Origin: Candidatus Omnitrophota bacterium
GTDB lineage: Bacteria; Omnitrophota; Gorgyraeia; Duberdicusellales; 4484-171
Length of the DNA: 64,000 bases
NCBI GenBank assembly: GCA_018818105.1
Contig: JAHISK010000055.1
Span: forward strand, 4,781 to 68,780
Reading direction: 5' to 3'
Of the stretch, positions 50,108-58,740 are shown one piece after another; the stretch's first letter is position 1; every line of letters starts with the position of its first letter. Position numbers and translations under genes: made by a program. The notes beneath the pieces are model-generated. The model ran no database searches and had not been told where the DNA came from. It saw nothing but the letters and a program-made list of their open reading frames with translations.

Positions 50108-50802
50108 TGAAAAAAAACGACTATATATCAATCAATAACTGGCCTAAAGATGACCGTCCCAGAGAAAAACTACTTAAATACGGAGAACATACCTTAAACA
50201 ACTCTGAATTACTGGCAATTCTTTTAAGAAGCGGGGTAAAAGGACAAAGCGCCCTTGACCTAGCGCGGGCAATATTAAAAAAGTTTAAAACTTTGCGAGA
50301 TTTATCCCACACCGACTCCTGTGACTGGAAAGAGTTTAAAGGTCTAGGCAACGCGAAAATCGCTCAAATTAAAGCGGCAGTTGAAATCGGAAGAAGATTT
50401 ATAGAAGAAGAAACAAAAGAAACCAAACCTAAAATAACATCATCCAAAGACATCGCGAAAATTTTTATCCCCCGAATGAGAGATTTAAAAAAAGAGATAT
50501 TTAAAGTCCTGTTTCTTACCTCTAAGAATCAAATTATTGATATATTAGAAATGGCTGAAGGAACAGTTAATCAAGCTAACCCTATAATAAGAGATATTTT
50601 TCAGAAAGCGCTGCAAAACTTTGCCGTCTCAATTATATGCGCGCATAATCACCCTTCGGGAGATCCTACGCCAAGTACAGAAGATAAAGAATTCACCCAA
50701 CAACTAACCGCCGCGGGCAAAACATTACAAATTCAAATGCTTGACCACATAATAATCGGCAATAATACCTACTTTAGTTTCGCTGATAAAGGATTGATTT
50801 GA
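50104..50802 (+). CDS. radC: RadC-family JAB/MPN domain protein
   Basis: JAMM motif AHNHPSGDPTPSTEDKEFT; N-terminal helix-hairpin-helix-like region. Confidence 0.8.
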   Translation: MMKKNDYISINNWPKDDRPREKLLKYGEHTLNNSELLAILLRSGVKGQSALDLARAILKKFKTLRDLSHTDSCDWKEFKGLGNAKIAQIKAAVEIGRRFIEEETKETKPKITSSKDIAKIFIPRMRDLKKEIFKVLFLTSKNQIIDILEMAEGTVNQANPIIRDIFQKALQNFAVSIICAHNHPSGDPTPSTEDKEFTQQLTAAGKTLQIQMLDHIIIGNNTYFSFADKGLI

Positions 50803-50804
50803 TT

Positions 50805-51030
50805 AAGCTTTCAGCTGTCGGCTATCTGCTTTCAGCTTAAAAAATATAAATGGTATCGCACTTTGCGATACCATAACCAGTTAAATTAACAACATCAATC
50901 TCTTGAACTGGCCGCTTTTTGCGACCAGTTCATTCTCTTCCTCTTTAATAAACTGAAAGCTGATGACCGAAAGCCAATAGATTCACTATTCTAATCTCCA
51001 TTAAACCCTATCTTTCGCTTTGGCGCTTTC
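50805..51030. repeat. Cluster of GCTTTCRG / CYGAAAGC REP-like motifs and perfect hairpins (ATGGTATCGCA-CTT-TGCGATACCAT; GAACTGG...CCAGTTC) between convergent radC and the ORF6N gene
   Basis: Read directly; probably convergent terminators plus REP-like repeats. Confidence 0.5.
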
Positions 51031-51170
51031 GGCTCTACTATAAGTTGATGAATTACATTAAAAATATCTTGAATTGATCTATCATGTTTCCCTATTCGTT
51101 TTTCTAACTCCCGCAATTTATATAATAAATCTTTATGAGCATAAATCATTTCCTTAAGTCGGACAAAAAC

Positions 51171-51539
51171 TCACATAATAGCAATATTCATCTGTATCGC
51201 TTTTTTACTAGATAATACACTTGAAAGCATAGCAATTCCTTGTTCTGTAAATACCATGGGCATATATCTTAATCCTTGCTTGATTTCTTTGGAGATGCCA
51301 AATTGGCACCTCCAATTTTCAAATTCTTGTTTTGATAATACCCACATAAAATCTGCTGGAAAACGATCATTATTTCTTCTAACTTGTCTTTTCAACTGCG
51401 CGGTTACTACTCCATACAGCATCGCCAAATCTCTATCCAACATGACCCTTTTCCCCCTGACTACAATTATCTTTTCCTCAATGGTTTCCTGCTGAAGCAT
51501 ACGATCATTCCCTTTCATTCTCTTACTCATAAAATTCAC
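51171..51539 (-). CDS. ORF6N-domain protein (phage antirepressor / KilA-like DNA-binding family)
   Basis: VRGKRVMLDRDLAMLYGVVTAQLKRQVRRNNDRFPADFMWVLSKQEFENW is the ORF6N signature. Confidence 0.65.
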   Translation of the reverse strand: MNFMSKRMKGNDRMLQQETIEEKIIVVRGKRVMLDRDLAMLYGVVTAQLKRQVRRNNDRFPADFMWVLSKQEFENWRCQFGISKEIKQGLRYMPMVFTEQGIAMLSSVLSSKKAIQMNIAIM

Positions 51540-51608
51540 CTCCTTTTCGATAGTGTAGAGCGTTTAGCGGATAGCGTATAGTTTTTTCTAAACGCTGCCC
51601 GCTAAGCG

Positions 51609-52007
51609 CTATCCGCTAATCTTTAGTATTAAACATATTTTTCTATACAGGTTGTCAAACTTAAACGGTTTCTGCAAATATTGATCACTATCGCTTGCAT
51701 AAGGCACAATTTCCCGCACATGCCCCGGGATACAAAAGATAATGGGTATATCTTTAATGCTTTCATCTGTCCTTATTCCCTCACAGATCATCATTTCATC
51801 GACGCCCCACCTTTCAATATCTAAAATAATTATATCCGGATTGTTATCCTTTATTACCTTTAAAGCCTTTACTTCAATGCTCATGTACTCCGCATGGAAT
51901 CCTCTTCGAACTAACATTATTCCTAGAATTTCGTTTATATCTTCATTTTTACCAATAAGTACTACTCTTATTTCTTTTTCTGCCATCATTGCCTCCTTAT
52001 GATTCAT
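51609..52007 (-). CDS. Stand-alone response-regulator receiver (CheY-like) domain protein, with atypical N-terminal acidic pocket
   Basis: Phospho-acceptor-like Asp in IIILDIERW; conserved Lys in QKPF. NED replaces the usual DD. Confidence 0.55.
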   Translation of the reverse strand: MNHKEAMMAEKEIRVVLIGKNEDINEILGIMLVRRGFHAEYMSIEVKALKVIKDNNPDIIILDIERWGVDEMMICEGIRTDESIKDIPIIFCIPGHVREIVPYASDSDQYLQKPFKFDNLYRKICLILKISG

Positions 52008-52009
52008 TT

Positions 52010-52140
52010 TTAATGATATGATTTACTAAAAAAATATAGCCCCCTCAGGCTATATTCCATGTATATCACCAAAAATGATATATGTCAAGAAAGTTTTCAC
52101 ATTTAATGAATTTAATTTATTTGATTTTTCAGTTAAGATG
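52010..52140. promoter_or_regulatory. Divergent promoter region with three ATGATAT boxes and a perfect hairpin ATATAGCC-CCCTCA-GGCTATAT
   Basis: aatgatatgatt ... aaatgatatatgtc ... agatgatataaag. This is the same motif as the iterons at 21840-21920. Confidence 0.4.
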
Positions 52141-52156
52141 ATATAAAGTTGTATTA

Positions 52157-52762
52157 ATGCATTTAGGTGAGAGAATCCGACAATTACGAAAAAAACACAG
52201 CTGGCAGCAAAAAGAACTCGCCTTAAAGCTTAATTGCCCTCAATCCACAGTTTCAATGTGGGAAACAAAAAAGCAAGAGCCAAATCCTTCCATGCGTAAA
52301 AAAATCTGCGCGATATTCGGTATAACTCAAGCAGAACTATTTGCTGACTCTTGCATAAAAGAAACCTGCTCCACGCAAAGCGCTCCCGTATTAAACTGGA
52401 ACCAACTAAACCAACTCGCGCCGCTTAAAGACTCCCTCCCTAAAAACAGCTCTAATAACTATATTTACACGTCCGTGAAAGGAAATAATATATTCTCTTT
52501 GGAAATCAATGACGACCGCATGTCCCCTGAATTCAAAGAAGGCGACACGATTATCATTAATCCCAACGCCCAAATAAATCCTAATGACTATATTATTATT
52601 TTAGATAAAGAATCAGAAACTTCATCTATCACGCAGTTCAAAAAATACGGCGACAAAATAATTTTCCATCCCCTAAATCCTAAATATCACGATTTAGAAA
52701 TGATCGATAAAAGCCAATATATAGTTGTTGGAAAAGTAGACGAAAAAATTAAAAAGTATTAA
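52157..52762 (+). CDS. XRE-family HTH + S24 (LexA/cI-like) peptidase-domain repressor
   Basis: N-terminal HTH LGERIRQLRKKHSWQQKELALKLNCPQSTVSMWE. C-terminal S24-like beta domain (DDRMSPEFKEGDTIIINP...VVGKV). Confidence 0.65.
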   Translation: MHLGERIRQLRKKHSWQQKELALKLNCPQSTVSMWETKKQEPNPSMRKKICAIFGITQAELFADSCIKETCSTQSAPVLNWNQLNQLAPLKDSLPKNSSNNYIYTSVKGNNIFSLEINDDRMSPEFKEGDTIIINPNAQINPNDYIIILDKESETSSITQFKKYGDKIIFHPLNPKYHDLEMIDKSQYIVVGKVDEKIKKY

Positions 52763-53317
52763 TTACTTCTTTATAAGGCTCATTGCCTCCTGGCGAGTTT
52801 TTGAATTAGTTCTAAATACACCACGTACAACTGAGGTAACAGTTACTGTTCCTGGTTTTTTTACTCCTCTCATAGTCATGCAATAATGCTCGGCTTCAAC
52901 CACTACCATAACCCCTTTAGGTTTCAATTTTTTCATGATAACATCAGCAACTTCAGTAGTAAGGCGTTCCTGCACTTGAAGCCGGCGGGAAAGGACTTCT
53001 ACAACTCTTGCGATTTTACTTAAACCAGTGATTCTTTTATCAGGGATATAAGCAACATGCGCCTTACCAACAAAGGGAAGCATATGATGCTCACACATCG
53101 AATAAAGAGGGATATCCCGTAGAAGAATAATTTCATCGTGCTTATGTTCTAAAATTACTTCCAGTTCATCTTCGGCTTTCTTAAACTGGCCGCTTAAAAT
53201 CTCTTCATACATATCAGCCACCCTGGCAGGAGTAGCAGCGATATCTTTCTTTTCTAAATCGGCGCCTACCGCCTCCAATATCATCCTAACGCCCTTCTCT
53301 ATCTTCCTCTTATCCAT
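52763..53317 (-). CDS. folE: GTP cyclohydrolase I
   Basis: [19 protein letters not shown] and HYCMTMRGV motifs. Confidence 0.9.
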   Translation of the reverse strand: MDKRKIEKGVRMILEAVGADLEKKDIAATPARVADMYEEILSGQFKKAEDELEVILEHKHDEIILLRDIPLYSMCEHHMLPFVGKAHVAYIPDKRITGLSKIARVVEVLSRRLQVQERLTTEVADVIMKKLKPKGVMVVVEAEHYCMTMRGVKKPGTVTVTSVVRGVFRTNSKTRQEAMSLIKK

Positions 53318-53329
53318 TTTTTCCTCCGT

Positions 53330-54784
53330 TTATTTACCTATACAAAACTTACCAAAGATGTTCTCTAAAATTTCTTCCGATAAAACTTCGCCGCTCAACT
53401 TACCTAAATTATCCAGCCCTTCTCCTAACGCTAAATTTACAAAATCTATAGTATACCCTTCCTCTAAAAGCCTAGCGGCCTTAGTGAGACTATCTCTGCT
53501 ATTGGCCAAAACCTGACGCTGATACTGATTGAGAAAAACTATATCCTGTCTATCTAAGCCCTCTTTACAAATACTATTATAAATCGCTTCTTCTAAACTT
53601 TGAAGGCCAATATTCTTTAACGCGCTAAACTTCACCTTAGGCCCCTTAAAATTAGGAATATTACTAAGGCTTAATTTCTGTTTGCGGTCAGCCTTATTAA
53701 TTACCATAACTGCCGTCTTATCCTTAATCTTTTCCAATAAAAACAAATCATCTTTATTAAGACAATGCGTCCCATCTAAAACAAAAATAATTAAATCCGC
53801 TTCATTAAATAACAGCATTGTACGATCTATTGCCTGCGCCGTAACAAAATCTTGAGGTTCCAGCAACCCGGCGGTATCATAAATCCGCAGCGGCAATCCC
53901 TTTATAGTTAGAACCTCCTCAATTACATCTCGAGTCGTACCCGGCATCTTACTTACAATTACACGCTCCTGCTTTAGAAGACAGTTAAAAAGAGTTGATT
54001 TACCAACATTAGTCTTTCCGCAAATCACGCATCGAGCACCTTCTTTTAAAACCTGGGCCTGCTTACTTCCTTCTAAAAGACGCGAAAGTTGGTTTTCAAT
54101 CGCTGTTACTGTTGTTTTTATTTTTCCCGCGGCGATATTAATTTCATCTTCAGGAAAATTTATAAACGCCTCTGTCTGAGTGAACACATCTTTTAGCTGT
54201 TCTTTAATTTTTCTAATTTTCTGTGACGCTTCTCCCTTCAACTGCAACGCCGCCAAACTTAAACCATCTTGACTCTTCGCCTCAACAATACTAAGAATAC
54301 CCTCTGCCTGCAATAAATCTATCCTTCCCTTAACCAACGCTCTATAAGTAAACTCTCCCGGCAAAGCAAGCCGCCCACCTTCTCCTAAAACTAATTCCAG
54401 AATTTTATTTATAACAACCGCGCCGCCATGAGAAGATATCTCAACAACATCCTCACGAGTATAAGAAGCCGGCCCCCGCATAACGCTAATCAAGACCTCA
54501 TCAATAATAGTTGGGAGTTTTTGATTTTTCTCTTGTGACTTTTGTTTTTTCTGTGGACTATGGACTATGGACAATGGACTCTCTATGATCCATCCATAAT
54601 GAAGGGTGTGACTTTTTACTTTCTTAATATTTTTCTTGCGCCTGGGAAGAAAAACTCTAGAAACAATATTAATTGCCTGTTTTCCTGAAATCTTAATTAC
54701 ACCCAAGGCAGACCGCCCAGGATACGTCGCCGGCGCGGCAATAGTATCAGCCAAATTATAATCTTTTAGTTTAAAATTATTCAT
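53330..54784 (-). CDS. mnmE: tRNA modification GTPase MnmE (TrmE), carrying an in-frame insertion encoded by a heptamer repeat
   Basis: N-terminus DTIAAPATYPGRSALGVIKISG; G1 motif GKTNVGKSTLFN; C-terminal CIGK. The insertion SPLSIVHSPQKKQKSQEKNQKLP is encoded at 54510-54590. Confidence 0.85.
   Translation of the reverse strand: MNNFKLKDYNLADTIAAPATYPGRSALGVIKISGKQAINIVSRVFLPRRKKNIKKVKSHTLHYGWIIESPLSIVHSPQKKQKSQEKNQKLPTIIDEVLISVMRGPASYTREDVVEISSHGGAVVINKILELVLGEGGRLALPGEFTYRALVKGRIDLLQAEGILSIVEAKSQDGLSLAALQLKGEASQKIRKIKEQLKDVFTQTEAFINFPEDEINIAAGKIKTTVTAIENQLSRLLEGSKQAQVLKEGARCVICGKTNVGKSTLFNCLLKQERVIVSKMPGTTRDVIEEVLTIKGLPLRIYDTAGLLEPQDFVTAQAIDRTMLLFNEADLIIFVLDGTHCLNKDDLFLLEKIKDKTAVMVINKADRKQKLSLSNIPNFKGPKVKFSALKNIGLQSLEEAIYNSICKEGLDRQDIVFLNQYQRQVLANSRDSLTKAARLLEEGYTIDFVNLALGEGLDNLGKLSGEVLSEEILENIFGKFCIGK
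54541..54572. repeat. GTCCATA / CTATGGAC heptamer tandem repeat inside the mnmE coding sequence
   Basis: ctgtggactatggactatggacaatggact. The same motif occurs at 36500-36560 (tctatggactatggtctatcgactatggac). Confidence 0.7.
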
Positions 54785-54823
54785 ATCTGTACTTCGCCCT
54801 ACTTCCCTGCCCCCATCTGCAAT

Positions 54824-56221
54824 CTACAATCTATTCAATGCCTTTTTTGCCTCCGCGCCTAAAAAAAACGAACCGGCAATAAGTATCAACGAATCCTTAT
54901 TATATAACCGCTTTGCTATTTTTAAAGCGTTACTTACATCTCGCGTAATATGCGCCTCCTTTAATCGGAATTTCTTTTTTATGTCTTCGGGAACGGCCGA
55001 CCGAGAATTATTAAATCTCGTTAATATAAGATGTTTATACTTAATTATCTTTAACATTTTACCTATATTCTTATCTTGCGCTGCGGCAAAAATCAGAACA
55101 ATCTCTTTATTAGGAAAGTATTCTTTTAAATTATCTTTTAAAACATCAAATGATGACTGATTATGCGCTATATCAATAACAATAATAGGATTCCTTTTTA
55201 CTACTTCAAATCTGCCCTCAATAGAAGTTAAGTTTATCCCAGAAAAATTAATCTCTCTCTTCAAATCTCCGCTATCTTTCAATAACTTAACCGCCGCCAT
55301 CGAAAGGCAAGCATTATCCACCTGACATCTTCCCTTAAGTCTAACTTTTATATTTTTACGGCTAACCTCGTTGAATTTAAAATCAAATTTGGTATAGCTA
55401 TTTTTTAGTTTAACGCTGGAAGCATTAAAGTCTTTTTCTAAAACAAACAACTTAGAATTCATCTCTTTGCATTTTTTCTTAATAACATTATAAACGCTTC
55501 TTTTCTGATCGGCACACACAACTAAGCTATTTTCTTTTATAATCCCCGCTTTCTCATAAGCTATATCAGCTAATTTAGTGCCCAGTTTATCAGTATGATC
55601 ATATCCAATTCTTGTAATTATACTAACTAACGGATTTACAACATTTGTCGCATCAAGCCTGCCGCCCATGCCGGTTTCTAAAACAGTAAAATCAACCTTT
55701 TTATCAATAAAATATTTCAAGGCAACAGCTGTATACACTTCAAAAAAAGTCAGACATCCAAACTTTTTCCTATCACGCCACTTCTCTAAATACGACCTCA
55801 TATTCTCAACTATCTCAACTACAGCCTTTCTTGCAATTAACGTAGTTTTTATTTTTCCCGATTCCCTATCATCCCTCGTCTTTCGTCTTTCGTCCTTCGT
55901 TTTCAACACGATTCGCTCTCTAAAATCAAAAAAATGAGGTGAAGTATATAACCCTATTTTATACCCACTTCCAGCAAGCAAATCCGCGCACATTGTAGCT
56001 GCTGACCCTTTACCTTTTGTACCCGCGACATGAATAACTTTCAAATCTTGATATGACAATCCCAAATCTCTCAAAAAACATTTTACTCTTTCTAATTTAA
56101 AAGATTCTCCATATGAAAAGGCAACATTATTTTCGTAATTTATGAACGACTCCAAATATGCCTTTATCTGCTGATATTTTTCCATACGAGAATTCATACA
56201 AATCTTTGCCCAATTATCCAA
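54824..56221 (-). CDS. folC: Bifunctional folylpolyglutamate synthase / dihydrofolate synthase (Mur-ligase family)
   Basis: P-loop IHVAGTKGKGSAATM; Mur ligase middle and C-terminal regions. Confidence 0.8.
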   Translation of the reverse strand: MDNWAKICMNSRMEKYQQIKAYLESFINYENNVAFSYGESFKLERVKCFLRDLGLSYQDLKVIHVAGTKGKGSAATMCADLLAGSGYKIGLYTSPHFFDFRERIVLKTKDERRKTRDDRESGKIKTTLIARKAVVEIVENMRSYLEKWRDRKKFGCLTFFEVYTAVALKYFIDKKVDFTVLETGMGGRLDATNVVNPLVSIITRIGYDHTDKLGTKLADIAYEKAGIIKENSLVVCADQKRSVYNVIKKKCKEMNSKLFVLEKDFNASSVKLKNSYTKFDFKFNEVSRKNIKVRLKGRCQVDNACLSMAAVKLLKDSGDLKREINFSGINLTSIEGRFEVVKRNPIIVIDIAHNQSSFDVLKDNLKEYFPNKEIVLIFAAAQDKNIGKMLKIIKYKHLILTRFNNSRSAVPEDIKKKFRLKEAHITRDVSNALKIAKRLYNKDSLILIAGSFFLGAEAKKALNRL

Positions 56222-56247
56222 AATCTATTATAGACATCAGATATCCA

Positions 56248-56296
56248 ATGTCTATTGTCTGATGTCTGTTGTCTGTTGTCTTCGGTCTTCGGTCTC
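56248..56296. repeat. TGTCTG / GTCTTCGGTCTTC short tandem repeats between folC and purH
   Basis: tgtctattgtctgatgtctgttgtctgttgtcttcggtcttcggtctc. Related copies at 62186-62208 and 27008-27022. Confidence 0.6.
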
Positions 56297-56297
56297 T

Positions 56298-57812
56298 TTA
56301 ATGCCGAAAATGGCGGATGCCGGTAAAAAGCATTGTTATCCCCAACTTATCACAAAGCTCTATAATATCTTTATCCTTTATAGAACCTCCCGGCTGGATT
56401 ATAGCTTTAATACCCTTTTTATAAGCAGATTTAATAGAATCCTCTTTAGGAAAAAATCCGTCAGAAGCTAACACCGCCCCCTTAACAAGCTTGTCTGCCT
56501 TACTTATCGCGATTTTCACCGAACCAACTCTAGACGGCTGCCCCCCCCCGATGCCTAAAACCGAAAGATTTTTCGCGATAACTATAGCATTAGATTTTAC
56601 ATGCTTAACCACCTTCCAAGCAAAAATAAGGTCTTTACGCTCTCTATCCGTCGGATTCCTTTTAGTAACCACTGTTAATTTATTCTTATCTAACTTTACA
56701 GAATCATTATCCTGAATAAGATATCCAAATTGTGTCGCCCGGATATCTTTAAAGTTATTCTTAGCAAGAAAATCAACCTCCAATACCCTCAAATTCTTTT
56801 TCGAGGAGAACATTTTTAACGCCTCTTTAGAATAAGAAGGCGCGGCAATACATTCTTTAAACTCACTCTTTAAAATTTGGCTCGCGGTATCTTTATCTAC
56901 CTTTCGATTAAGACCGATTATTCCTCCAAAGCTGGAAATAGTATCTGTTAAATATGCTTTTTTATATGATGCCGATAGCTTTTTATCTATCCCCACACCA
57001 CAAATGGAAGCGTGTTTAACAATCACTGCCGCGGGATCTAGAAACTCTTTTACACAGGCAAGCGCGGCATCTAAATCAAGAATATTATTAAATGACAATT
57101 CCTTACCCTGCAGCTTGTGAAACTTCACATTACTAGACTCAAGCTGTTTATATAAATCTGCCTTCTGATGCGAATTCTCGCCATATCGCAACGATAATTC
57201 TTTTTCCAAATTCCAGGTTATAACTTCTTTTCCTTTAAAATAGTTGTAAACACAATTATCATATTCTTTAGTAAGGTAAAAAGCTTCCTGCGCCAGGTAT
57301 TTTAAAGTATCCTGAGACATGAATCCTTTATTCTTTTCTAATTCTCCTAAAACAGCCTTATATTGGCTAACATCACTAACGGCAGCCACATTCTTAAAAT
57401 TCTTTGCCGCGGCCCGTAACATCGACGGTCCACCAATATCAATATATTCTATCATTTCCTCCCAACCTAAATTATCCTTCATCTTCTCAGGAAAAGGATA
57501 AAGGTTAACGATAACCATATCAATCGGCTGTATCCCTAAATTCTTTATTTCCTCCATATGAAGGGGATGCTTTTTATTAGCAAGGATACCACCAAATACT
57601 TTAGGATGTAAAGTTTTAACTCTACCTGAAAGAATCTCCGGAAACGCCGTTAGCGTCGCGACTTCCGTAACTTTAATATCATGCCTTCTTAACAAAGCGG
57701 CTGTCTTGCCTGTTGAGATTATCTCAATATTTAAATCTGATAACCTCCTCCCTACCTCAGCGATTCCTTTCTTATCCCACACGCTAATAAGCGCTCTTCG
57801 TATCTTTACCAT
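56298..57812 (-). CDS. purH: Bifunctional AICAR formyltransferase / IMP cyclohydrolase
   Basis: N-terminal MGS-like domain ALISVWDKKG...ISTGKTAALL...VKTLHPKVFGGILA; C-terminal AICARFT region. Confidence 0.9.
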   Translation of the reverse strand: MVKIRRALISVWDKKGIAEVGRRLSDLNIEIISTGKTAALLRRHDIKVTEVATLTAFPEILSGRVKTLHPKVFGGILANKKHPLHMEEIKNLGIQPIDMVIVNLYPFPEKMKDNLGWEEMIEYIDIGGPSMLRAAAKNFKNVAAVSDVSQYKAVLGELEKNKGFMSQDTLKYLAQEAFYLTKEYDNCVYNYFKGKEVITWNLEKELSLRYGENSHQKADLYKQLESSNVKFHKLQGKELSFNNILDLDAALACVKEFLDPAAVIVKHASICGVGIDKKLSASYKKAYLTDTISSFGGIIGLNRKVDKDTASQILKSEFKECIAAPSYSKEALKMFSSKKNLRVLEVDFLAKNNFKDIRATQFGYLIQDNDSVKLDKNKLTVVTKRNPTDRERKDLIFAWKVVKHVKSNAIVIAKNLSVLGIGGGQPSRVGSVKIAISKADKLVKGAVLASDGFFPKEDSIKSAYKKGIKAIIQPGGSIKDKDIIELCDKLGITMLFTGIRHFRH

Positions 57813-57862
57813 CTCTAATCACACTCCTATAATAAATTTAGCGTTTAGGGTTTCCCTATACG

Positions 57863-58561
57863 CTATACGTTAAACCTTATTTCAATAATATCGCCTTCGC
57901 TCATAATATAATCTCTATCCACAAGCTTAACAAGCCCTTTAGCCTTTGCTTGGGTCATATTAAAAAAATCATCCAGCTTATCACAATTAACCACGTCCGC
58001 TTTTATAAATCCTCTGGCTAAATCACTGTGAATTCTACCCGCCGCTTCTAAAATGCTCTGTCCCTTTTTAATGTCCCAAGCGCGAACTTCTTTTTTCCCC
58101 GCGGTAAAAAACAAAACAACACCGCTTTTTTCTATAATTTTCGTGATTAATTCGTTCATCTCCCCAACCTGACTTACTCCCACAGACGGCTTATACGTAA
58201 CAGGAGCCAACGGTTTTAAAATCACGTGTTCACTTTCAGAAAACTCAGCATCGCATAACAACGTCTCTTTTTCCAACAGTTCTTTAACTTTATCAAGTAG
58301 TTTTTTTTCCTCATCGCTTTCTGCCCGGGAAAGTCGTTTATCAATTTTTTCTAAATCAATAAACACAAAATCAAATTTTTTATTAATATCGAATACAACC
58401 GCGTCGGTTTTATCGAAGTCTTCTTCTAGAAACTCTATAGTATACGGAGTAGTTTTCCCCGGCAAAAACTTCTCTACTAATTTATCAAAATAGACGTTTT
58501 TATATTTATACTTGCCCGGCTCAATATCTAACCCAAAAGTTGAAACTTTCATAAAAACCAC
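57863..58561 (-). CDS. YchF-like protein lacking the P-loop G1 motif (coiled-coil plus C-terminal TGS domain retained)
   Basis: C-terminus GKKEVRAWDIKKGQSILEAAGRIHSDLARGFIKADVV...GDIIEIRFNV matches the YchF TGS domain. No GxxxxGKS/T motif at the N-terminus. The upstream 180 nt is non-coding. Confidence 0.5.
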   Translation of the reverse strand: MVFMKVSTFGLDIEPGKYKYKNVYFDKLVEKFLPGKTTPYTIEFLEEDFDKTDAVVFDINKKFDFVFIDLEKIDKRLSRAESDEEKKLLDKVKELLEKETLLCDAEFSESEHVILKPLAPVTYKPSVGVSQVGEMNELITKIIEKSGVVLFFTAGKKEVRAWDIKKGQSILEAAGRIHSDLARGFIKADVVNCDKLDDFFNMTQAKAKGLVKLVDRDYIMSEGDIIEIRFNV

Positions 58562-58740
58562 TTCTCCCTAATAATTATTACCAAACGATTATTAAATCCC
58601 AAATCGTAATTTCAAAAATTATAAATAATCAATCATCAATCTTTAGCGGTTCAGGCAGGCCTGAACTCTACAGGATTGGAACATTGGAATTTGGTGCTTA
58701 TTTGTTATTTGGTACTTGGAATTTGTTATTTCAATATTCT

